A DNA stretch of 33,057 bases from a virus (lineage: Duplodnaviria; Heunggongvirae; Uroviricota; Caudoviricetes): the IMG/VR virus record IMGVR_UViG_2897328257_000006, positions 1 through 33,057 of that record. The stretch is one strand, 5' to 3'. This document shows positions 8,642-18,003 of the stretch, piece after piece. A program made the position numbers and the translations under genes. The notes below the pieces were generated by a model, which ran no database searches, was not told the DNA's origin, and saw nothing but the letters and a program-made list of their open reading frames with translations. How positions within the stretch are numbered: the first letter of the stretch is position 1; the number at the start of each line of letters is the position of its first letter.

Positions 8642-9337
8642 ATGTCGAGAGAAGTAAACAGCGATTTCACTGAGTTAGTTACTTATTTCTCTGAATATAA
8701 ATTAAAAAATGTTTTCGAGAATATTAACTCAAGAGGGAAAATAAGCATGATACATAAGAGATATTATTCTTTTATGTGCCTTGTTTACTGTTTGTATCAT
8801 TTCTCCAAGGAGAAAATAGACGCCAACTCATTGGAGCGATTGCAAGAAGCTTCATCTGACCTTGGTACAGCTATGTTTATGGTTATAAATGGTGCATACA
8901 AACCAGCAAATCTAATGATGCGAAGTTATATTGAAAATTCTTTAAAATCAATCGGTTGCTTACTAGATCCTTCAATACTTGAAGAAAAATCATTGTTTAA
9001 GGTAATTGAACAAACTGGGGAACATCCTGTCTTCAAAAAAAATCCTCTACTACATGAAACTTTAAAAGCTGAATACTCTTCGTTATGCAGTCACGTACAT
9101 ACAGCTACTGTAAAAGAAATGGCTCACATAAAAGCTTTAAATGTTTTTCCCGAAATAGACTTGGTTAAAATAGATAATATTTCGAAGGTGATTGATAAGG
9201 TGGTTAAGACTATGATATCAACTATCATAAGAATTTTTCCTGATGTTTTCTTTTCCTTTGCACCTGAGTATCGAGAAAAAATCCTCCTTAGCTTAACCTC
9301 TGCACAACGAGCCTCACTTCATTCCTTAAGTGATTAA
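8642..9337 (+). CDS. Hypothetical 231-aa protein, cargo gene 3
   Basis: Starts 3 nt after the gene 2 stop with AAGGA RBS; same AT-rich composition; no motif recognisable by eye. Confidence 0.7.
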   Translation: MSREVNSDFTELVTYFSEYKLKNVFENINSRGKISMIHKRYYSFMCLVYCLYHFSKEKIDANSLERLQEASSDLGTAMFMVINGAYKPANLMMRSYIENSLKSIGCLLDPSILEEKSLFKVIEQTGEHPVFKKNPLLHETLKAEYSSLCSHVHTATVKEMAHIKALNVFPEIDLVKIDNISKVIDKVVKTMISTIIRIFPDVFFSFAPEYREKILLSLTSAQRASLHSLSD

Positions 9338-9354
9338 CTAACAAGTATGACATA

Positions 9355-9380
9355 AAAACTATCCTATTGTGATAGTTTTT
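9355..9380 (+). terminator. Weak AT-rich hairpin plus T-run downstream of cargo gene 3
   Basis: AAAACTATC-CTATTGT-GATAGTTTT inverted repeat followed by T; stem is AT-rich, so strength is uncertain. Confidence 0.4.
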
Positions 9381-9618
9381 ATGTTCATTAAGATGACTAT
9401 ATCAGGAATTATTGCCGAATTTTAATTTTCATATTGATTTTACTATCTCTCACCAACTCTTGTAAGTATCCTTCCGCCACAAGCGGACCATGTGCATTTA
9501 AATATCTGACCTAACGTGCCGTAACGCCGCAATGTCCGCTTCTGGCACAGAGCGGACTGTCAGATTAGGCTTTACTCTGTGCCATAGATATGTAAGCTCC
9601 CACTAGAGTTCATACAAG

Positions 9619-10146
9619 TTATTGCGGCATTTCCGGCCATTCAGGATTTGCAGGATCCACACGACTGACCAGAACGCTGTAGCGCTCCCATCTTTCCAGT
9701 CGGCTACGCTCCTCATCTGTTGCCATATTCAGCCTGACAGCACGCTCTAGCGGCAAAATCACGGATTCAGCATCTGCAAGAAGTCTGGCTTTCCTGTTTT
9801 CTGCCTGCTGTTGCAATTCCTCTGCCGTATAAATTCGTTTGATCACTGTGCCATCCTTAAACATCCAGTTCCCTGAAATGTCCGCCCGTCGATTAGCAGT
9901 AATATCCGGCACTTCAACAACACTTAATCCATCTGGTCTGATAGCTGTCACATCCTTTTCCACATAGCGGATAATATTATCTTTGTCGTACGCTATTTTT
10001 ATCGTGTCATCAGCAAAATACTTTTGTTCTTCGTACCAGTTCTTACCATCTTCTGAAAAAAACCAGACAACATCAAAGTCCTTTGTCAATTGATATTGTT
10101 CAACCGTTTTTGGATTACCTGCCGTTATATTTATCAAATGCTGCAT
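9619..10146 (-). CDS. G: Tail fibre assembly protein G (175 aa)
   Basis: 175-aa ORF directly downstream of H, as in P2; C-terminal ...[27 protein letters not shown] is typical of the tail-fibre chaperone family. Confidence 0.88.
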   Translation of the reverse strand: MQHLINITAGNPKTVEQYQLTKDFDVVWFFSEDGKNWYEEQKYFADDTIKIAYDKDNIIRYVEKDVTAIRPDGLSVVEVPDITANRRADISGNWMFKDGTVIKRIYTAEELQQQAENRKARLLADAESVILPLERAVRLNMATDEERSRLERWERYSVLVSRVDPANPEWPEMPQ

Positions 10147-10149
10147 AAA

Positions 10150-12044
10150 TTATACCTGCGCCACGTTGTACCACGTCCCGTTAATGTATTTCTGAACCGG
10201 TCTGTAATATACGCCACCAATGTTATCGGCAGAGTTTGAGCCGGTATCCTGAACAATAATGCCGGTATATACACACCCGGACGGTGCCTGATGTGTCCAT
10301 GTCATGCCATTGTTCGCAGGTTTGTATGTGGCGGCACCACCAAGCCGGATATCCCGGACATAGCGGGAGTCAAAATTGCTGAAATTTGATGGTATCACCT
10401 GCCCGGTAACCCGTAGTGCATCAGACTTAAGCGTCATCAGGTCTTTTGTTGTGCTGCCAGACCTGATGCGCCATTTAAAATATTCATTGCCATTATCACC
10501 AGTTTCAAACCACATGTATGAGTCAGAATCAGCATCTGAATCATTTTTAAATCCAATTTTCGCCCAGTCAGTGTTTCTTTCCCAAATCAGGAAGGCATCA
10601 TTGATAAATTTTATGCTGCCTGACATGCTTCCGCCTGATAATGCCAGAGCAAGAATATCCGCAGGTGTTGGCTTTCGTGATGTTGTATAAAACTCAGACC
10701 AGTCAGCCTCAAATCCATACCCATCACGTGCCGACCTGTAAAAAATCCCCCTGTTTTTATAATCCACAAGAAACTGCATTGCCGGACAACTTCCCTCACC
10801 CGTGTAAAAATGCAGCACCATTTTTGATGCTCCGCCATCCTGTGCACAATAAGCACCACTATCCCAGTTCCATCCTACCGCTTTATTATTTGCAACCGTA
10901 TTTCCTGTTTTCCCTAATGCAAAAGCCGGTTGCTTATTTTTCGTATTGTAGTCGCGTCGCCAGCCCGGCGCATAATCAGCTCCGTGATTGATATACGTGA
11001 ATTGCGCACTGGTGGTACCACCACCGCTTGATGTACTCGGAGTGGTCACACGAATGGTCATTGCAGCTTTAACGCCCATAACCTCAATCACGCAACCTGC
11101 AAGATGAATAGTCCCACAGTCAGTATCGGTAATAATTTTGTTATTACCGTATGACCAGGAACACTTGCACATCCAGTAGGGATGATTAAAGGCTCCCTGA
11201 GACTCTAGCCAGTCAATAAACTGAGCGGTTGTCCAGTTTCCGGCTTCAGTGCTCAAAGCACCGCTATAAGCACGACAGGCACCGATATTTTTCGTGAAAG
11301 TATCCTTTCCCGGAATATCCGCACCGTTCTGATCTTTCTGAAGACGTTTTTCAGCATTGTCATAGGCAGACTTCACCGCTTTTGGTGTTGCAGCCAGCGT
11401 TTCAGAATCGCTGTTGATNNNNNNNNNNNGTTAGCAAGGTCATACGCGGCCTTTACCGCTTTTGGTGTTGCGGCGAACGTTTCAGACGTGCTGTTGGTCG
11501 CACTGCTTAACTGAGTAAAACCTTTGGCGGTCAGCGAGGCGTCAGGGTGACGTCGTGACTGTTCATGTTCTGCAATTTTGTCATCAACGTAATCCTGCGT
11601 TGCCATCACCGTTGTGGTGTCAATGGTCAGCTCCACTGAGGCCACACTGCTGACGATGATGACCATGCGGCAGGTCTGCGAACGCCCTGAGCCTTCGGCA
11701 AGGGCTGGCTTATAACTTTCGGCCATGTTCGCCACGGCAATTAGCGTTCCCGCATCATCGTACAGGCCAAGTTCACGCATCCAGAAACCGCCCACCTCCG
11801 GCGGAATAACCAGCTCTGCGATAATATAATTACTGTTTCGTTTGTCCTGGCTGATTTTGTTCAGCGCATGTCGCCAGACTTCGTGGATAAGCCCGGTCTG
11901 TCCGGCATCCGGGACAGGCAATTTACCACCGCCATCCCCGACGGCCATCGTGGTAATGTTGACCTTCCGCCCTCCCGGTGCGGTTGCCGCTGCCAGCTTT
12001 GCTGCACCGGCAGTGGTGATAACGGTTCTGAATTTTGTGCTCAT
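10150..12044 (-). CDS. H: Tail fibre protein H, interrupted by an 11-N assembly gap at 11419..11429
   Basis: Two ORF segments (11373..12044 and 10150..11376) carry tail-fibre repeat motifs (TPKAVKAAYDLA / KSAYDNAEKRL) on either side of the N-run; combined length is close to P2 gpH (669 aa). Confidence 0.8.
11419..11429. other. Assembly gap (run of N)
   Basis: 11 consecutive N characters in the sequence. Confidence 0.99.
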
Positions 12045-12054
12045 TATTCCTCAC

Positions 12055-12585
12055 TTATCCGGGGTAAACCGTAATTACATCGCCGTCGTAAGCCACACCA
12101 CCGGCGAACAGGTAGCCGGGAATATCCCGGGTAATGTTCAGGCCAATAAGATGACGGCTTGCAGGTTTGGCATCAGCAATAAGCCGTTCCATTTCCTGAT
12201 ACATTGCCTCTGTGATGCCGCTTTCCAGTACGCCAATATCAAGCCGGAAGGTGCCTGGCGGGTCACTGGTTTCCCACCACTCCGTCACGTTGATGAGATA
12301 GCCCAGCGGCTCCACCACACGCCGGATTGCACCTATAGTGCCTTTATGACAGTGGATGAAATAGGCATCGCGAATAACGGCGCGTTTTGTCGCTTCCGGC
12401 CACTTTTCATCCCACCTGTCGACCGAAAACGCCCACGCCAGCCACGGCAGTAGATTTGCCGGACAGGTGTCCGGGTTCCACAGCTCACGAATCCTGACCG
12501 GCGTTTTTTCAATTTCCGCACAGGCTTTTGCGGCAGCAACTTCAAGCGGTGATGAGCCGGTCGGCAGCAGTCGCGAATCACTCAT
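12055..12585 (-). CDS. I: Baseplate assembly protein I (176 aa)
   Basis: 176-aa ORF in P2 synteny between J and H. Confidence 0.88.
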   Translation of the reverse strand: MSDSRLLPTGSSPLEVAAAKACAEIEKTPVRIRELWNPDTCPANLLPWLAWAFSVDRWDEKWPEATKRAVIRDAYFIHCHKGTIGAIRRVVEPLGYLINVTEWWETSDPPGTFRLDIGVLESGITEAMYQEMERLIADAKPASRHLIGLNITRDIPGYLFAGGVAYDGDVITVYPG

Positions 12586-13486
12586 CCGAGCCTCCGGTCA
12601 CGACGCGGTATTCGGTACAGAAAGACGCCTGCGTACTGTTGAGCACGATGTCGGCCAGTGGTGCAGCCAGTTCGACACGCTGCACACCTTCCACATGCAA
12701 AGCGGCATAAATGGCAGACAGACGGATGTCACGCCCCAGCCGGTGCTGTGCCGTGATATACGCTTCCAGCTTTTTCACAGCGGCAGTGCGGATGGGTTCG
12801 CTTTCGGGACCAGGGTAAAGGTAAAGCGTGGCGTTTATCTGGTATTCAACGATGGCGGCAGACTGCACGGTCACGCGGTCGGCCACCGGCCTGACGTCCT
12901 CGCCATTAAGGGCGTTACGCACCACAGCCAGCAGGTCTTCGGATGCGACGCCGTTATTTTCACGTGACAGCACAGAGATGGTGACACAGGCAGGAGACGG
13001 ACTGGTGACAGAAATATCCGCGACACGCCCGTCAGCACTGCGACCATGATACTGATAGGCTCCCACTGACCCGGCGACGCTTAAGCCCTCAAAAGCCTGC
13101 TGAATACGCAGACGATAATCGGTGTCAGATTCCATCACTGCCGGTGTCGGCGGAATGGTCGAATCATCTGCCGGGGTGATAGTCAGGCGCGTGGTGTTGT
13201 AATTGGCACCAATCACATCAAGGTCATTACCGGCAGCACAAGCCAGCATCACCGCCCGTGCAGCCTCATTCACACGCTGACGCCAGATAAGCTCACGATA
13301 AGCGTTTTCCTCCAGCAGTTTGACGATAGGCTCGGATTCCAGCGTCAGGGTACGGGCGACCGCCTCCTGCTGGTCTTCCGGGTAAAGGGAAATCAGTGTC
13401 GCCTTGCGTTCAGCAAGAATGGTTTCAAAGTCCAGCTCCACGACCACATCCGGTGCGGGTAGCTGGTTCAGGTCGATAATCGGCAT
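12578..13486 (-). CDS. J: Baseplate assembly protein J (302 aa)
   Basis: 302-aa ORF in P2 synteny; overlaps the I start by 8 nt. Confidence 0.88.
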   Translation of the reverse strand: MPIIDLNQLPAPDVVVELDFETILAERKATLISLYPEDQQEAVARTLTLESEPIVKLLEENAYRELIWRQRVNEAARAVMLACAAGNDLDVIGANYNTTRLTITPADDSTIPPTPAVMESDTDYRLRIQQAFEGLSVAGSVGAYQYHGRSADGRVADISVTSPSPACVTISVLSRENNGVASEDLLAVVRNALNGEDVRPVADRVTVQSAAIVEYQINATLYLYPGPESEPIRTAAVKKLEAYITAQHRLGRDIRLSAIYAALHVEGVQRVELAAPLADIVLNSTQASFCTEYRVVTGGSDE

Positions 13487-13490
13487 GGTT

Positions 13491-13838
13491 TCAACTCACA
13501 GGGATGGTTAACGAAAGTGGCTGGCCGGTGTCGTTGTGCTGGCCGGTTAACGTGACCGTCATTCGCCCGTCAAAACTGCGCTCAGTGGTGACGGATGACA
13601 GGGTGACGCGGGGTTCCCATTTCAGCACCGCCATGTAACAGGCGACCTTAATCTGCAACTCAAGCGCCGGGGTCTGCGGCTGGTCAATCATTGACGCCAG
13701 CAACGAGCCGTAATCACGACGCATCACCCGTGAGCCGACGGGGGTACGCAGGATATCGCCGATACTCTGGCTGATATGCTCAAGGTCAGTGACAGTCAGG
13801 CCATCACTGCGATTCATTCCGAGATAACGCGCTGTCAT
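13491..13838 (-). CDS. W: Baseplate wedge protein W (115 aa)
   Basis: 115-aa ORF in P2 synteny between V and J. Confidence 0.88.
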   Translation of the reverse strand: MTARYLGMNRSDGLTVTDLEHISQSIGDILRTPVGSRVMRRDYGSLLASMIDQPQTPALELQIKVACYMAVLKWEPRVTLSSVTTERSFDGRMTVTLTGQHNDTGQPLSLTIPVS

Positions 13839-14470
13839 AAAGGACTCCCGGTTGTGCCGCCGCTGTCGCCGGGGTGTTTGTGGGTATGCAGTACCTTACC
13901 GTTTGATGAGAGTTCACCGCCGGTGTGTTCAATGTTGCCGCGCATCGTCCCGCCCTTCTGTACTTCCAGCGTGCCGGTAGTCAGTTTGTTAGTGCAGACC
14001 ACTTCCGGTGTGTCCAGGGTGACACGGGTTGACGCTTTCACCGTGACCACCGGTACCGTGGCAGTAACAGAATCAGAAGCCGTCACGCTGGCCGTTTTAA
14101 TTCCGCTTACCGTGAGTGCACTGGTTTCGGGTTCATACTCAATCACCGCCCCGTCAGGGAAACGGATATGCAGGGCATCCGCCGACGCAGACGGCGCGGG
14201 GTTATCGCTGGAATAAATCCCCGGCAGAACAAACGCCGTGTCAAGTTCACCGCCCACGGCCAGAATCAGCACCTGCTCCCCCACGGAAGGTGCCCACCAT
14301 GTGCGCGAACGCCCGGCACGATGGGTCAGCCACTGAAGCCAGTCGGTGCACATGCCGCCGGTCTGCACACGGCAGCGACCGGCTTTAAGGTTGGTTTCGA
14401 CGACAAGGCCGGTGCGAATCATGTTGCGCAGTGCGCGCGCGAGTTCCTGGATATTTGCGAGAGTGTTCAT
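13835..14470 (-). CDS. V: Baseplate spike protein V (211 aa)
   Basis: 211-aa ORF in P2 synteny; start of the V-W-J-I-H-G late operon. Confidence 0.88.
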   Translation of the reverse strand: MNTLANIQELARALRNMIRTGLVVETNLKAGRCRVQTGGMCTDWLQWLTHRAGRSRTWWAPSVGEQVLILAVGGELDTAFVLPGIYSSDNPAPSASADALHIRFPDGAVIEYEPETSALTVSGIKTASVTASDSVTATVPVVTVKASTRVTLDTPEVVCTNKLTTGTLEVQKGGTMRGNIEHTGGELSSNGKVLHTHKHPGDSGGTTGSPL

Positions 14471-14536
14471 AACGGGAAGGATGCCGCCGGGTCATACCGG
14501 CGGCAATGTGACGATGAGGTGTCGGGAATGGCACAA

Positions 14537-14989
14537 CTAACGGTCGAGGTGAGCCAGGATAATCTCTTCAATCATCTGCACATCCTCACCGGTAAAGCCG
14601 AGCAGAGGACGCGCCGGATAATCAATTTTCTTACCGTCTTTCCGGGTTTCTTCCGACAGACCGAACTGATGCACACTGGCTATTTTCGGTGACTTCCCGC
14701 CGTAAAACTCCATTGATGCCTGTTCAGGGCTGGCGCGGATATGCAAAAAACGACTGGTGATAAGTTTCGCAAACATTTTTCGCTTAACACGACCGGTCTT
14801 TTTTCTGGCGCTCTGCTGCTGGCGTGGCGCGTAGGGTGTGCCGTCCGGGGCTTTCTGTGCCATCACCCGACGCTGCTGACTCTGCCGCAGACGCTTCGCC
14901 AGCTCTGCACTCAGCCGCCGACGCCCTGACGGTGACAGCGATTCAATAAGTCCCGCCAGCCGGTCTTCAAAACGCTTAAACTCATTCAT
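14537..14989 (-). CDS. S: Tail completion protein S (150 aa)
   Basis: 150-aa ORF in P2 synteny after R. Confidence 0.88.
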   Translation of the reverse strand: MNEFKRFEDRLAGLIESLSPSGRRRLSAELAKRLRQSQQRRVMAQKAPDGTPYAPRQQQSARKKTGRVKRKMFAKLITSRFLHIRASPEQASMEFYGGKSPKIASVHQFGLSEETRKDGKKIDYPARPLLGFTGEDVQMIEEIILAHLDR

Positions 14990-15458
14990 CCCACTTGCTC
15001 ACCAGTTCGCCATTGATATACAGCTCCATCGGGCGGGTGACCGGCTCCGGCGGCGGAGGCTCCGGGATGTTCTTCACATGCAGTGCGCCGTCCACCTCAC
15101 TGACCAGCGTGCGCTCGGTCAGCATCAGGCTGATGCTGATATCAAAGCTGCTGTCATTGTTGATGTCTGCATAAAACGTGAAGCCCTTTTTCTGGCCTTC
15201 GTCGGTGGTCATGATGTCGGGCTGATTTTCCCGCAGCCACGCCAACACCGGCACGATGAGCAGGTCAAAATCACCGGTAAAGTCGGTCACAATCACATTG
15301 AGCGTGTAACGCTTTTCGAACGACAGCGACGTCGCCAGCGTGGAGGCAATACTCCCGTTATCCACGAATATCCGCAGCATATCGGGGTTAGTTTTCAGCA
15401 CCGTGACGGCATCAGTCAGCGCCCTGCGCAGGCTGTCGGGTTTGAGCATCGTTTTCAT
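14982..15458 (-). CDS. R: Tail completion protein R (155-158 aa)
   Basis: ORF in P2 synteny; start may be the first ATG (15458) or the second (15449). Confidence 0.85.
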   Translation of the reverse strand: MKTMLKPDSLRRALTDAVTVLKTNPDMLRIFVDNGSIASTLATSLSFEKRYTLNVIVTDFTGDFDLLIVPVLAWLRENQPDIMTTDEGQKKGFTFYADINNDSSFDISISLMLTERTLVSEVDGALHVKNIPEPPPPEPVTRPMELYINGELVSKWDE

Positions 15459-15702
15459 CCTGACAGTGTTTAATCATTTTTACCTGGCTGGCACAGCGTG
15501 CCAGCGCGTTCTCAAGCTGCCGGATATCGGCACTTAAATCGCCGTTCGTCTGCGGGTCACTGCCCGGCATCGGGCAAAGGCTCACTTTCGGGCAGGCGTT
15601 GGCGACAATCACTGGCGTCAGTGCAGGCCGGACGCTGGTGCAACCGGCGCACAGCATCAGGCAGGTCAGCGCCATACCAGCGGCGAAAATCCTCGTTTTC
15701 AT
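15412..15702 (-). CDS. lysC: LysC, Rz1-like outer-membrane lipoprotein spanin, embedded in the lysB-R overlap
   Basis: Alternate-frame ORF overlapping the lysB 3' end; N-terminal signal with lipobox-like LCAGC; matches the P2 lysC arrangement. Start codon uncertain. Confidence 0.7.
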   Translation of the reverse strand: MKTRIFAAGMALTCLMLCAGCTSVRPALTPVIVANACPKVSLCPMPGSDPQTNGDLSADIRQLENALARCASQVKMIKHCQDENDAQTRQPAQGAD

Positions 15703-15982
15703 TCAGTAACCTCGTGATGGTTTTCTCGCGCTGTGCTTCACGTTTCGCGGCGTTCTCCAGTTCCTGACGCAGTGCCACCTGCGCCAGCTCGTTTTTGTCT
15801 GCCCTGGTGAGGGCAACATGAAGCTGATTTTTCAGCATGGTGATGGTCGTCTGCTGCCCACTGGCGACATTGTTCGCCCTGTCCAGCGAGGCGCGCAGGC
15901 TGGCATTTTTGTGTTTCACCAGAAACAGCCCCGCCAACGCCAGCGATAACAACACGACCAGCACAGTCATCAGCCTTGACAT
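15557..15982 (-). CDS. lysB: LysB, Rz-like inner-membrane spanin (141 aa)
   Basis: N-terminal transmembrane segment followed by a charged coiled-coil-like region; P2 synteny and length. Confidence 0.85.
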   Translation of the reverse strand: MSRLMTVLVVLLSLALAGLFLVKHKNASLRASLDRANNVASGQQTTITMLKNQLHVALTRADKNELAQVALRQELENAAKREAQREKTITRLLNENEDFRRWYGADLPDAVRRLHQRPACTDASDCRQRLPESEPLPDAGQ

Positions 15983-16395
15983 GGTTTCCGCCCCTCAAGA
16001 CGCTGGCGGCAGGCCGTATGCATCAACCGGAAAAATAGCGACGCCACAAGATAAATCAGCGCGGTAAAAATCCACCCGGCGGCGACCAGCGAGATAAACG
16101 TCGCCACCATCACCACCAGACCCACCGCCCGTCTGCGCCACGGCACCGGCTGCAAAAACAGCGACGTGACAATCTTCACGGCCAGCGATTCCGGCGGCAG
16201 CTCCCGCCCGTAGCGTTCCAGCACATACTCAGTGGCATACACGCCGACACCACCGGCAACCACACAGATAACCATCGCCAGAATCGCCCAGGCAGCGACA
16301 AAATTGACGGCCACGCTCTGCGGGTAAATCAGGGACAGTGCCAGCATCAGCGCCAGCGACACATTCAGCATCAGTGAAAGGGATAATTTCTTCAT
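15970..16395 (-). CDS. lysA: LysA membrane protein (141 aa), lysis timing
   Basis: Multi-pass hydrophobic 141-aa ORF in the P2 lysis cassette position. Confidence 0.85.
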   Translation of the reverse strand: MKKLSLSLMLNVSLALMLALSLIYPQSVAVNFVAAWAILAMVICVVAGGVGVYATEYVLERYGRELPPESLAVKIVTSLFLQPVPWRRRAVGLVVMVATFISLVAAGWIFTALIYLVASLFFRLMHTACRQRLEGRKPCQG

Positions 16396-16409
16396 GGTGT
16401 TTACTCCGT

Positions 16410-16907
16410 TTAAGCCGGTACGCCGCCGGCGGTACGCCAGACGGTGACCAGTTTTTCCAGTGAATGCTCACGCTGACCGTAACCGGCACCCGGCAGGGAC
16501 GCCCAGATATTGCGACAGCGTGAAATGGCGCGCTCAATACGTCCCGCCCGGATGTCATCCAGCGCACCGCGTTCGCGGATCAACTGAATGGCGAGTCTGT
16601 CCTGTGACAACGGACTGAAATCCGGCAGGGCAAGCTGTTTGCGGTAATGCGGCCAGAACAGGTAAAGCTGCTGATAGCGACCGGAGGCCGTGGATTTTTC
16701 ACCGCGACGGTTAAACACCTTCGCCGGTCGGCCATGCGCGAACGGGTGGTCACTGTAGTCGGTGAAAATTTCCGGCTTCCCGTCCAGTCCGGTGACTATC
16801 ACGTCATAGCCCCGGTTTTTCGTCAGCGGATGATTCGCCGTCCCTTCGGACACGGCCAGCATGTCGAGAAAGGCGGCGATATTCTGGTGCGTGTTAATTA
16901 CCGGCAT
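16410..16907 (-). CDS. K: Endolysin K (165 aa)
   Basis: 165-aa ORF following the holin gene, as in P2. Confidence 0.88.
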   Translation of the reverse strand: MPVINTHQNIAAFLDMLAVSEGTANHPLTKNRGYDVIVTGLDGKPEIFTDYSDHPFAHGRPAKVFNRRGEKSTASGRYQQLYLFWPHYRKQLALPDFSPLSQDRLAIQLIRERGALDDIRAGRIERAISRCRNIWASLPGAGYGQREHSLEKLVTVWRTAGGVPA

Positions 16908-17188
16908 TACGGTTTCCCCCTGCCCTTAAAGCGGCGCTGAATGGCAATCTCAATCACCTGATAACCGGCGATACCCAGCATGGAGCCAATGCCGCACACC
17001 GCAGGCAGTGACAGGTCAGGAAACTGCACCAGAACAACACCGGCAACCATCGAGACAAAACCACCGAGCAACATGCGCCCGATAAACAGACGCGGGGTGA
17101 TGGGTTCACCACCGGCAAGCACCTTGCCGACAACAATCAGCACCCCAATCATGAAAAGCGACAGGACGCTTTTTTCTTCTGCTGTCAT
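16907..17188 (-). CDS. Y: Holin Y (93 aa)
   Basis: 93-aa ORF with two or three hydrophobic segments and a charged C-terminus (RRFKGRGKP); P2 position. Confidence 0.88.
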   Translation of the reverse strand: MTAEEKSVLSLFMIGVLIVVGKVLAGGEPITPRLFIGRMLLGGFVSMVAGVVLVQFPDLSLPAVCGIGSMLGIAGYQVIEIAIQRRFKGRGKP

Positions 17189-17191
17189 GCG

Positions 17192-17395
17192 TTACTCCCA
17201 CAGATTGACAGTTTCAGCCACGGGCGCGGTCTGAACGTCGGGCAGTTCGACGGCGGTGCCGTGTGGCAGCACCGCACCCAGTTCAGCCAGTCCCGGATTT
17301 GCGGCGAGCACGGCCTCAACCACGCCCTCAGTGCGCCCGTAATACCGGACACAAATGGCGTCGAGCGTGTCGCCCTGTAGCGCAAAGGCCTTCAT
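17192..17395 (-). CDS. X: Tail/head accessory protein X (67 aa)
   Basis: Internal ATG at 17395 gives MKAFALQGDTLDAICVRYYGRTEG... and the 67-aa P2 length; start overlaps the L stop (TAATG). Confidence 0.85.
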   Translation of the reverse strand: MKAFALQGDTLDAICVRYYGRTEGVVEAVLAANPGLAELGAVLPHGTAVELPDVQTAPVAETVNLWE

Positions 17396-17904
17396 TAGAT
17401 TTGACTCACGATGCAGCGCGGCTTGTCCTGGATGCGCGCCACCGCCCAGCGCATATCCCGCCACAGCTCATCAATGGTGCTGTCAATGCTGTCGGCCTTC
17501 TTGTCGCCTTTCGCACTGGCATCCACGCCGCGATAACGCTCATAAAGCGATGCGGTCGCCATCGCGCACACGGCGCGCTCGTAGTAAAAAACTTTGATGC
17601 TTTCACCGTCGATGTCGTCCGCCGGGACGTCCGCCAGACGCGTAAAACCGGCGGCAATTTTCTGTTCGCGGTACTCGTACAGCTCCGCATTCGTCTCCGC
17701 CATGCCTGACTTGATGGCCTCACGCAGACGGGCGGGGGCGACAGTCTGCTCAAGGCGCATACGTTCCCGGACGCGCTTCGGGTCGATATCGGGAAAAAAG
17801 AACGTGTTTTTAATCACCGGCTCGTCGCCTGCCGGTTGCGGGATGACCACCGTACCCTCACCGGACACGGGAGCCTCCTTTCGCGGAATAATCAGCGTCA
17901 TCAT
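17395..17904 (-). CDS. L: Head completion protein L (169 aa)
   Basis: ATG at 17904 preceded by GAGGTAG gives MMTLIIPRKEAPVSGEG... and the P2 length; the track ORF is 20 codons longer. Confidence 0.85.
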   Translation of the reverse strand: MMTLIIPRKEAPVSGEGTVVIPQPAGDEPVIKNTFFFPDIDPKRVRERMRLEQTVAPARLREAIKSGMAETNAELYEYREQKIAAGFTRLADVPADDIDGESIKVFYYERAVCAMATASLYERYRGVDASAKGDKKADSIDSTIDELWRDMRWAVARIQDKPRCIVSQI

Positions 17905-18003
17905 GACTACCTCTGAAAAGTCGGGCGGTGGACGCCGGTGCAGTGTCAGATGATTCACCCTCACTGACCGGCGTGCCGCCCTGGCGCGGGGCGCATTCGG
18001 TTG

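Noticed and set aside
7306-9337. Interpreting the ParA-type cassette as a plasmid or phage partition (ParAB-parS) system
   Set aside because: No iterated centromere-like repeat array nearby (only a two-copy 20-bp motif), no ParB-like HTH or ribbon-helix-helix signature recognisable in gene 2, and partition is not needed by an integrating P2-type phage. Not fully excluded; listed as the refutation condition of the main finding.
8642-9337. HEPN-like R-x6-H spacing (RGKISMIH) in the N-terminus of cargo gene 3
   Set aside because: A single short motif match at an atypical position and spacing; indistinguishable from chance without profile or structure evidence.
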